From contig DXJF01000130.1 in the NCBI GenBank assembly GCA_019057375.1, positions 1 through 40,867 on the forward strand: a stretch of 40,867 nucleotides of DNA, written 5' to 3'. The notes beneath the pieces were generated by a model. That model made no database searches. It saw only the letters and a list, made by a program, of their open reading frames with translations, and was not told the DNA's origin. Shown piece after piece: positions 9,011 to 16,902 of this stretch. The translations under genes were made by a program, and so were the position numbers. Origin of the DNA: Candidatus Heimdallarchaeota archaeon (GTDB lineage: Archaea; Asgardarchaeota; Heimdallarchaeia; Heimdallarchaeales; Heimdallarchaeaceae). Numbering within the stretch: position 1 is the first letter of the stretch; the number at the start of each line of letters is the position of its first letter.

Positions 9011-10174
9011 TTGAGAAGTATGAGTATAGAAGAAACGAGTACTAAAGATATGATTCAGAAAAGAATAGAGGAAATTTATTCTGAAATAGTGGAAGATAAG
9101 GAAATTGAAGTAATTGAGAAGAAGAATTTCTTCAGGACAAGCATTGGAGACGAATTTCATCATGAATTTCTTGAGTTATTCAGTTTTGTTTCGCTAATTA
9201 CATCGATTAAATCTATCATAACATGGGCTATGAATATAAGAAAGAAACTAGTTTCACCTTCCTCAATTCCAAATGTATATCAAAAACTACTAGAAGAATC
9301 TACTTTAGATGAAGATAAGAAGAATGAAGCTCAAACAATTCTTACAAGGATAGAGAAAGAATGGGTAGAATTTCATAAGAAGTTAGAACCTGATATCTCA
9401 GAACTTCAAACAGTTTTATCTCAACAACAGGAAAATCAAAATGAGGAGAAGCAGCTTGATGAAAATTCTGATTTTCAACAGAAACAAAACGAACAAGTTC
9501 TTTGGTTATTTGAACAGATACCAATTAGAGTCTTTTCTTATTTTGTTACTACGCTATATGCGCTAATAGATGTATATACTATGTCTCTTATTCAGATGAT
9601 AATTAGCTTTCTCAAGACAGAACAAGTTTATGAATTTTTCAAAATAAGAATATCAGACCTAAAGGAAAATATAAAATATATTCTGGAATTTCTAAAGATG
9701 GAGGGAAATCAGAAGCTCCTCAAAGTTACTGAGAATACTACAGTAACTTCTGAATGGAAAAAAGACTTGAATTATGTTGCACATTTCATTTCTTTGAGAC
9801 ACATTTTTGCTCATAAGAATCCCTTGCTTGAAATGTCTGAAATGATGGACATGGATATATTTGACCAATATAAGAAGAAATTAGAGAAAGAAGCTAGAGA
9901 ATTTAAAACTGAGTTGGAAAAGAGTGATATTCAAATAAGCTTGCTTAAATCTTTGTTCGAAAAATTTTCAGATATCTTACCATATATGGTTTTTATCAAA
10001 GGACTAGGATTTGCATGTTATAGGTATTTATGTGTAGTAGATAACATTATTCAAGGATACTTTGATTTTGAGAAATTTGATTTAGAGGATTTTCTTTTAT
10101 CAATTAAAGATCAGATGAAAAACGAAGAAGATGCAGCAGTTTTACAAAAACTAATTGATCAATATCATGAATAA
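9011..10174 (+). CDS. Helical protein with a C-terminal HEPN-like domain
   Basis: 387-aa ORF. The Rx4H motif LRHIFAH follows a helix FVTTLYALIDVY of the kind that starts HEPN domains. The start may be the ATG at 9020. Confidence 0.6.
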   Translation: MRSMSIEETSTKDMIQKRIEEIYSEIVEDKEIEVIEKKNFFRTSIGDEFHHEFLELFSFVSLITSIKSIITWAMNIRKKLVSPSSIPNVYQKLLEESTLDEDKKNEAQTILTRIEKEWVEFHKKLEPDISELQTVLSQQQENQNEEKQLDENSDFQQKQNEQVLWLFEQIPIRVFSYFVTTLYALIDVYTMSLIQMIISFLKTEQVYEFFKIRISDLKENIKYILEFLKMEGNQKLLKVTENTTVTSEWKKDLNYVAHFISLRHIFAHKNPLLEMSEMMDMDIFDQYKKKLEKEAREFKTELEKSDIQISLLKSLFEKFSDILPYMVFIKGLGFACYRYLCVVDNIIQGYFDFEKFDLEDFLLSIKDQMKNEEDAAVLQKLIDQYHE

Positions 10175-10175
10175 T

Positions 10176-10261
10176 GAACAGATGAGTACCATATCGGTTT
10201 TTCCTCTTTATTCTCAGCTAGAATAATGAAAGAATCAGAAACTTAACTCATCTAACCGTTC
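10176..10261. other. Long imperfect intergenic hairpin directly after a stop codon
   Basis: GAAC/GTTC, AGATGAGT (10180-10187)/ACTCATCT (10246-10253) and TTATTCT (10208-10214)/AGAATAA (10220-10226) are nested. Confidence 0.7.
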
Positions 10262-10296
10262 GAAGAACTTCATTTGACTATAAAAAGAAAGACCAA

Positions 10297-10364
10297 GGTT
10301 GAAGGGTTCTTGCCAAGGTGTTTTGCAAGTTTTTTTGGGTTTTTTTCTACCTTCCCCTTCAACC
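10297..10364. repeat. 68-bp element bounded by a perfect 10-bp inverted repeat, with an inner hairpin
   Basis: GGTTGAAGGG (10297-10306)/CCCTTCAACC (10355-10364), with inner CTTGC/GCAAG (10309-10329). Confidence 0.7.
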
Positions 10365-10477
10365 GATAAGGTAAAAGGGATGCCAAAAAGAGGTATAAAA
10401 AGGCAACAAAAGGTATTATTCAAAAGAATGTTAAATAAGCTTAAATAATTCGTATTTTCAACTAGAATCTGTTTAAT

Positions 10478-11347
10478 ATGTATCAGCCTGCGTATATCAC
10501 TCTTGATCCTTTATCAATGGTAAAAAGAAAATTCAAAAGGCATCTGAATATTATTGGAATAATCCTTATAATATCGATATTGAGGTATTTACTTCATTTT
10601 ATTATTCGTGTTTATCAGATTATTAAGACTAAGTCTTTTCTTCAGCCGACATCTCTTGAGTTTTGGGAAATAAATACTGTTTACTTCTATGTCTTTTATG
10701 CTGTATATTTTGCAGAAGCTGCGTTATTCATTTTGTTCTATTTTTTAGCTTCTGATTTTAGAAAACTAGAAGAAGCTTTACCAAAACTGGAGTTTAAACC
10801 CAATAAGATAACCATTACATTGATTATAGGAGCTACTTATGAATTCATTACAATGCTCTTCTCTATTCTTAGGATTTTTCTTGTTCACAATATCTTACTC
10901 TGTTTTACTCCGTTACCTTTTATTATAGCATTCTGGTTCATGAGGAATCTATTTTTAGAATTGGAAAACAAGAAAATAATAGACAAACGAGCGGATAGGA
11001 TTCTACTCTATTCTCAGATTTATATCCTTTTTTTCAACATCATTCATGTAAGTATTCAAAACACCAAACTTAGTAATTGGACATTTAACGCACCTCAGTT
11101 TTCTTATTACGTAATTTTCTACGTTGGACTTGTAGTTTACTATGTTTCATTCATACTTGGAATCTACAGAACTTCTAATGATTTTACGCAAATAAAAGGA
11201 GAGAAGCAAGAAATCCTTTATCAACAAATCTCTTCTAAACAAGAGGTTCTTATCAAAGATTCAAACATCAAATTTTGTATAGAATGTGGTTCAAAAAATA
11301 AGCATTCTGCGAAATTCTGTTCAAGTTGTGGTAGTGAAATGGAATAA
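10478..11347 (+). CDS. Multi-pass membrane protein with a C-terminal zinc ribbon
   Basis: About 6 hydrophobic segments and a terminal CIECG...KFCSSCG. Confidence 0.8.
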   Translation: MYQPAYITLDPLSMVKRKFKRHLNIIGIILIISILRYLLHFIIRVYQIIKTKSFLQPTSLEFWEINTVYFYVFYAVYFAEAALFILFYFLASDFRKLEEALPKLEFKPNKITITLIIGATYEFITMLFSILRIFLVHNILLCFTPLPFIIAFWFMRNLFLELENKKIIDKRADRILLYSQIYILFFNIIHVSIQNTKLSNWTFNAPQFSYYVIFYVGLVVYYVSFILGIYRTSNDFTQIKGEKQEILYQQISSKQEVLIKDSNIKFCIECGSKNKHSAKFCSSCGSEME

Positions 11348-11360
11348 TTTAATGAGGAAA

Positions 11361-11642
11361 TTAATTATTCTGGTTAAAATTAATTATCTCTTCTTCTATC
11401 ATCTTTTCTTGAATTACTGTTCCACAATTCCTACATGTCTGTTCTGCTCTCCCTTGATCCAAAATAAGAGAACTTTGACCACAGATTGAACAGTCTAGTT
11501 CATCCAAATTTTTAGAATAGAGTTTATCTTCAAGTTCCTGTAACTTTTCGACAGTATAAGAAACTAAATCATCTAGATTCTCACTTTTTCTTCCATCTTG
11601 AAACAAAGGTTTTTGATAGAGTTTCTCGAAATCTCTTTTCAT
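11361..11642 (-). CDS. Small protein ending in a TFIIB/TFB-type zinc ribbon, without cyclin folds
   Basis: CSICGQSSLILDQGRAEQTCRNCGTVIQEKMI resembles the TFB N-terminal ribbon (C..C....l..D..rgE..C..CG.Vi.e). 93 aa with an ATG start. Confidence 0.7.
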   Translation of the reverse strand: MKRDFEKLYQKPLFQDGRKSENLDDLVSYTVEKLQELEDKLYSKNLDELDCSICGQSSLILDQGRAEQTCRNCGTVIQEKMIEEEIINFNQNN

Positions 11643-11897
11643 CTCGAAAAAAACATCAACAACTATCTTAGTAAGAACAAAACCTGTAGGATCTTCTAGT
11701 CAAACTCATTAAACAATGGTTCATTGACCAGAAGGATAAGGAACTGAAGGATTTTCAGAGAACCAAGAAACAATTAGGACTAAAAGATTTTATGTAAAGT
11801 TTTTTTGACTAACGTCTGATTTAAAGAAGAATCTAGTCATTGTTTTTCAAAATCCATATAAAAATAAATATATTACCTACTTTCATTTTATTCTTTT

Positions 11898-12452
11898 ATG
11901 GATGAAAAAAGCAAAAGCATCATAGAACAAATTGAGGATGCTCTTCAGCAAATGGAACACATTGCTTCTTCAACTCAATTAAAAGTACCTCATGGAATCA
12001 TGTCTTATGCAAGAACATACCAAAAACAGCTTTCTTTTCTTAATAACAGAATTTTGAAGAAAAATATTTCCTATCTTCTGATGTTAAATGACTTTCTTAG
12101 TTGGGCAGTAAAGAGATTTTCACTCGTACCTAGGATAAAAGATATGTTAATGAAAAACATTATCACAAACTTTGGGTTTGCTATTGAGGGAATTAACAAG
12201 TCTCTTGCCAAGAACATAATTGGTAAGAAGGATATTGGTTTTGATGCATCTTCATCAATACTATGTGAAAAAGGGATTATTTCCAAAATTATGAAAAAGG
12301 AAATTAGATGGATATATGACATTAGAAGCAGACAACATTATGACACTCTTACTCAAGTGGAATTTGAACATTATACATACAGGGATTGCAAAAAAGCACA
12401 AAGAATATTTAATTATTATATTCAGCAAATACAAGAAAAGCTTGAAGATTAG
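11898..12452 (+). CDS. Hypothetical helical protein, possible divergent HEPN fold
   Basis: 184 aa. FAIEG helix, GIISKIMKKEIRWIYDIRSRQH (Rx3H variant) and YTYRDC..A tail resemble HEPN-like families. Confidence 0.5.
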   Translation: MDEKSKSIIEQIEDALQQMEHIASSTQLKVPHGIMSYARTYQKQLSFLNNRILKKNISYLLMLNDFLSWAVKRFSLVPRIKDMLMKNIITNFGFAIEGINKSLAKNIIGKKDIGFDASSSILCEKGIISKIMKKEIRWIYDIRSRQHYDTLTQVEFEHYTYRDCKKAQRIFNYYIQQIQEKLED

Positions 12453-12481
12453 TTCATTTGCGTTACTCTTCAAAGAACCTC

Positions 12482-12515
12482 CAGATAGAGTGTTTGAAGG
12501 TGAACCAACCTTCTT
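12482..12515. repeat. 34-bp direct repeat, copy 1, containing a hairpin
   Basis: cagatagagtgtttgaaggtgaaccaaccttctt is 31/34 identical to 14422-14455. Stem GAAGGT/ACCTTC. Confidence 0.92.
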
Positions 12516-12553
12516 CTGATATTCTTTTTCTTCTTTTTCCAATACTGCAATAG

Positions 12554-14353
12554 CTATCTAAGATATTTAGCAAAAAACTCAAGCACCATTTTATCATATC
12601 TTAGCCTAGCTTCTTGCCCCGAAAGTGTATGACCTTCTCCACCAATCTCAAAATATTCAAAATCTACCCCTTCTTTCTTACCTAACTGAAGTAATCTATC
12701 TCGAAATTGTCTTGACTCACTAATCGGGCACCGTGGATCATTTACAGCTTGAATCATCAGGATTGGAGCTTTGATTGACTTGACATAATTCAATGGGCTC
12801 CTATCTTCCCATAATTCTTTATTTTCTGCATAAGTTCCAAACAAACCTTCTATCCAGTTTTTGTAAGCTGGCATTCCAGCATCATACATTGTTTTCCAAC
12901 TTGTTATCCCTACATATGCTGCACCTGCATTCCAACCTGCATCTGCATATTTAGTTAATTGGAGATAAGTCATGTATCCTCCATAAGAACCACCATAAAT
13001 ACCAATCCTATTTGTATCAACGTATTCAAGTGATTCAAGATATTTCTTCGAGTAAATGTAATCTTTTGCATCCCCTCCACCTATGTCAAAGTTGATTAGA
13101 TCTCTGAACTCTTTCCCATATCCAAATGAACCTCTAACATGTGGAGAGATTAATATAAATCCATGGTCAACTGCTACTTGTGCAAACGAGTAAAAATCCC
13201 ATAAAAGTCTTCCACCTGGTCCTCCTGGTGCCAAAACTATTGCTGGGTATTTTTTTCCTTCCTCTATATCAGGTCTATAGATAACGGCACCTATTTCTCT
13301 CCCATCAAAAGTAGTGTAATTAATGAATTCAGGTTCATAAAAATCTTCTTTAACATAGTCAGAAACAGGGTTTATAATAGGAATTTCTACTTTTTTAGAT
13401 AAATCAAATAGGGCTAACACACTAGGTGTTTGTGGGTCAGAGCGGCTATAAAACAGATATCTATCATCTCCTGTAAATTGAACTCTGTAAATTACACCAG
13501 GTATACTTGGAATAATTTCTTCTTTTGTTTCAATGTTATAGATAACTGGATAAGATCTAACGGCTTCATCCCTAATAACCAGTAACTTTCTTTTATCTTT
13601 ACTAATTTGCATACCACGTTCTTGAAACTGGTTTTCACCAAACCAGTTGAGTTCATCAGTTTGCGTATTATAAATTAGAGCTTGATCTGTCCCTTTTGCA
13701 TTTGTGCAAACTAGTAGTAATTCACCATCATTAGATATATCATATATATGGTCTAACGAATCATCAGAAAGATGTAATAGTTGTTTGCTATTAGAACCAT
13801 CAGACTGTACCATCCAAACATCCTCGTTTCTTCTGTTTTCTGTGGTTCTAGCAGAATAGTAAATGACATTCTGAGGAGACCACACACCTCCTCCAGATGG
13901 CAAATCATGAAAAGTTAATTGTGTTAATTTTTTTGTCTCTATGTTTACTTTGAACAGATTATCAGTTTTTTTTCTATTTGAGCGTAATAGGATGTATTTC
14001 TTATCGGGGCTGATGTCTATGCAGAACTCCTTGTTTTTAGGAGTGTCTGTTAGGTTTATTTCCTCATTCTTTTCAAAGTCATATAGATACACACTATATT
14101 GTTCATCCCCCTCTTTATCTCTATTAATCAAAAGCTTTTTATTTTCTTCCAACCAGAAAAAGCTAGTAAGTAGGTTTAAACCCAAACTTTCTTGAAACGT
14201 CTTATAAGAAAAATCTTCAAGACTAACTTCAAAAGCTTTGTCTGATCCTTCAATGTCACTACAGAACCAGAGATTATCATGTCTATTAAAGTGATGATGA
14301 TGAACGAAATAAGGTAATTTAACTATTTTTTCAAGTTCTAATCTCTTTCTCAC
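12554..14353 (-). CDS. S9-family peptidase (acylaminoacyl/prolyl oligopeptidase-like; beta-propeller plus alpha/beta hydrolase)
   Basis: Catalytic triad GGSYGG (Ser), AVNDPRC (Asp) and GEGH (His), with an N-terminal propeller. The likely start is the GTG at 14353; the track start is 14407. Confidence 0.92.
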   Translation of the reverse strand: MRKRLELEKIVKLPYFVHHHHFNRHDNLWFCSDIEGSDKAFEVSLEDFSYKTFQESLGLNLLTSFFWLEENKKLLINRDKEGDEQYSVYLYDFEKNEEINLTDTPKNKEFCIDISPDKKYILLRSNRKKTDNLFKVNIETKKLTQLTFHDLPSGGGVWSPQNVIYYSARTTENRRNEDVWMVQSDGSNSKQLLHLSDDSLDHIYDISNDGELLLVCTNAKGTDQALIYNTQTDELNWFGENQFQERGMQISKDKRKLLVIRDEAVRSYPVIYNIETKEEIIPSIPGVIYRVQFTGDDRYLFYSRSDPQTPSVLALFDLSKKVEIPIINPVSDYVKEDFYEPEFINYTTFDGREIGAVIYRPDIEEGKKYPAIVLAPGGPGGRLLWDFYSFAQVAVDHGFILISPHVRGSFGYGKEFRDLINFDIGGGDAKDYIYSKKYLESLEYVDTNRIGIYGGSYGGYMTYLQLTKYADAGWNAGAAYVGITSWKTMYDAGMPAYKNWIEGLFGTYAENKELWEDRSPLNYVKSIKAPILMIQAVNDPRCPISESRQFRDRLLQLGKKEGVDFEYFEIGGEGHTLSGQEARLRYDKMVLEFFAKYLR

Positions 14354-14421
14354 ACAATAAAAGTTGGTAAACTGGTTTATAAGAGTAATGCAGAAAATAA
14401 TCAACAATCTTTATGAAATCT

Positions 14422-14455
14422 CAGACAGAGTGTTTGAAGGCGAACCCACCTTCTT
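14422..14455. repeat. 34-bp direct repeat, copy 2
   Basis: cagacagagtgtttgaaggcgaacccaccttctt differs from copy 1 by 3 substitutions. Confidence 0.92.
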
Positions 14456-14591
14456 TTAAACTTAAATCTTCCTTGCTTTCCTTTTTTCGCCTAACGAGGA
14501 ATTTAATAGATAAGTAGTAATTCTGTAAACTATTCCTATTCATAAACCAACAATAAATAGCACTTCATCTAAGATAAATAAAGAGGTAAGA

Positions 14592-14610
14592 GAGAACACT
14601 TGGTGTTCTC
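14592..14610 (-). terminator. Hairpin downstream of the epimerase gene, possible terminator or stability element
   Basis: Perfect 8-bp stem GAGAACAC/GTGTTCTC with a 3-nt loop, about 46 nt after the stop. Confidence 0.4.
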
Positions 14611-14656
14611 CTGGGGAAGGAAAACCACAAACAATTGATGAAAACTACTCTAATTC

Positions 14657-15646
14657 TTAAGTGATATTGTGTGTTTGACTTTTATAGTAGGGTGATTTAT
14701 TGAGTAGAATGCTTCTAACTATAGGTTTAAACAATTTTATTAAAAATCTTTTAAAGCCAATTTTCTTCTTGAAAACTCTGAGGAAATCTTCAAAAGAATA
14801 TCTTTGAAATTTCAGTAATTTCTCTGCTTCTGTTGTGTTCATCCAATCGCAGTGATAATAATCATCAATATTTTTTACAAGCTTAAATGCTTCTTCAGGT
14901 AACATCCCTATCCCCAAAGCTTCAAGCAGTTTTGAAACATAGTCGGATTGGTATAATTGATTTCCCTCTCCACCTCCGATGAAAAGAATCTTTCCTTCAG
15001 TGTCAGCTTCAACAGCATTTGCGCAAGCTAATCCAACATCTCTAGTATCTGCGATCTCTATTCTTTGTTTCAAAGGTATTTCATACATTATATCAGGAAT
15101 ATTCCAGCCTAGTTCAAATGGTGTAATTGCAGCAAATCGTAAAATTGTCCAGGGGATTTTACTATCAATTAGTTTCTTTTCCATCTCAACTTTATGTTTA
15201 GCATAATTATCATATTCCAGAGGATTTATTGGATCAGATATCCTTGTAGGAGGAATATGACTCATTCTGTTACCATGAACTGCGATAGAGGATGCGTAAA
15301 TAAGTTTAGGAGGTGATTCCATCCTCTCTACTGCACGTAATATGTTAGTTGCACCAGTTACATTAACATCATATGCTAAATCTGGTTTATCGTATGCTAA
15401 AGGAGGAATTATTGCAGCTAGATGAATTATAACATCAACATCTTTAACTAAATCATCTGTTACTTCCTTATCTCTGATATCTCCCCAGATAGTATCAAAA
15501 TATCCAAGTTTTTTCATTTTTTTATAAATTTTTAGATTTCTAGGATTCTTTAAGTCAAAACATTTTACAGAGTACCCTTTCCTAAGTAAAACCTCTAAGG
15601 TACTTTGTCCCACATTTCCAAATGCCCCCGTGAGTAAGACTCTCAT
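14657..15646 (-). CDS. NAD-dependent epimerase/dehydratase (extended SDR)
   Basis: TGAFGNVG Rossmann motif, IHLAA, and YAKHK (YxxxK). Confidence 0.92.
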   Translation of the reverse strand: MRVLLTGAFGNVGQSTLEVLLRKGYSVKCFDLKNPRNLKIYKKMKKLGYFDTIWGDIRDKEVTDDLVKDVDVIIHLAAIIPPLAYDKPDLAYDVNVTGATNILRAVERMESPPKLIYASSIAVHGNRMSHIPPTRISDPINPLEYDNYAKHKVEMEKKLIDSKIPWTILRFAAITPFELGWNIPDIMYEIPLKQRIEIADTRDVGLACANAVEADTEGKILFIGGGEGNQLYQSDYVSKLLEALGIGMLPEEAFKLVKNIDDYYHCDWMNTTEAEKLLKFQRYSFEDFLRVFKKKIGFKRFLIKLFKPIVRSILLNKSPYYKSQTHNIT

Positions 15647-15904
15647 ATGTTAATTTACACACCGACAGTTATATACAGTTCAGTGAAACGAATTTATGCA
15701 AATTTCTAAACGTAATTCCAATTTTTTAGAATTATTTTAAACTTGTCTATTAAGCCTTTAAAAGCCACATTAAGAGATTCATATTTCTTTGATTAATCAT
15801 TTATAAATTCATAGATAATCAGTTTTCCATACTATTATATCTATATGTTTCACACAGAGCTTTATAAAGAAAAATTAGGGAGTAACTTTTGTTTAAGGAG
15901 ATTC

Positions 15905-16747
15905 CTAGAGGAATAACTTTCCTTTCATAACTAAAGTTGCATCGCCTTCTATTTCGACTCTATTCTCCTTAGTTGCTCTTACAATTAATTCTCCGCTTCT
16001 ACTAGAAACTTGCTTAGCTTTCATTTCATTTTTTCCTAAAAGTTTAGACCAGTAAGGTTGAAGCTGTGTGTGAGCAGAACCTGTTACTGGGTCTTCGTTA
16101 ATTCCTACCCAAGGAGCAAAAAACCTGGATACAAAATCATAATGATTATCCCCTTTAGCAGTTACCATTACACCCCTTATGGTTCTGCTAGAATCAATCA
16201 TCTTCATTGCATTGAAATCTGGTGTTAACTGCTCCACAGTTTCCATGTCCCTCAATTGGATTAATAGGTCTTGACTTTTCTCAGAATATACATAGTCTTC
16301 AAATTCATGAATTCCCAATGCATCAAGCATTTTCTCATCGGGTTCACAAGTACTTGATTCAGTCAATGGGAAGTTTAATTGTATTTTCTCAGCTGTTTTT
16401 TTAGCCAATAATTGACCGCTCAGGGTTTCAAATTTAATTACATCAGCGATCAAGTGATATTCATTAAAAAGAACTGCGGCCGCAGCCAATGTTGCATGCC
16501 CACAAAGATTAACTTCTACTTGAGGGGTGAACCATCTTAATCGAAAAGTATCTACACTCCTAATAGTTTTGAAATCGTTTACATAGATAAAGGCTGTTTC
16601 TGAAAGATTCATTTCAGCTGCTATCTTCTGAAGAAGTGCATCATCATGCTCTCGAACGATTAAACATACAGCAGCAGGATTTCCTTTGAAAGATTCATTA
16701 CTGAAGGAATCTAGTTGGTAAAGAGGGATAAATTGCTCATTTGTCAT
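15905..16747 (-). CDS. PhzF-family isomerase/epimerase
   Basis: Motifs GNPAAV, MNLSETAF, EVNLCGHATLAA and EDPVTGSA. Confidence 0.95.
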   Translation of the reverse strand: MTNEQFIPLYQLDSFSNESFKGNPAAVCLIVREHDDALLQKIAAEMNLSETAFIYVNDFKTIRSVDTFRLRWFTPQVEVNLCGHATLAAAAVLFNEYHLIADVIKFETLSGQLLAKKTAEKIQLNFPLTESSTCEPDEKMLDALGIHEFEDYVYSEKSQDLLIQLRDMETVEQLTPDFNAMKMIDSSRTIRGVMVTAKGDNHYDFVSRFFAPWVGINEDPVTGSAHTQLQPYWSKLLGKNEMKAKQVSSRSGELIVRATKENRVEIEGDATLVMKGKLFL

Positions 16748-16902
16748 TTTTTAAACTCCAATAGATAATTATTTGGTTAGAAGAATGTTTAGGATTTAAT
16801 AAAAATTGCAGTATCAACAGAAAAAATAAATCTATATTTTTCATCTTTTTGAAATAATGATGTTCAAAAAAATTTATGAAGGAAATAATATAATAAAGAC
16901 TT

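Noticed and set aside
11744-11753. CTGAAGGATT shared with the 5' end of the structured RNA (24346-24355), as a possible guide-target match
   Set aside because: Only 10 contiguous nt match; an exact 10-mer match somewhere in 40 kb of AT-rich DNA is plausible by chance.
12261-12542. 93-aa minus-strand ORF
   Set aside because: Most of it is antisense to the 11898-12452 CDS and it has a TTG start. Only the repeat-encoded segment is noteworthy, and that is covered in the findings.
12482-14455. CRISPR array
   Set aside because: There are only two repeats, separated by a 1.9-kb gene, and no cas genes are present.
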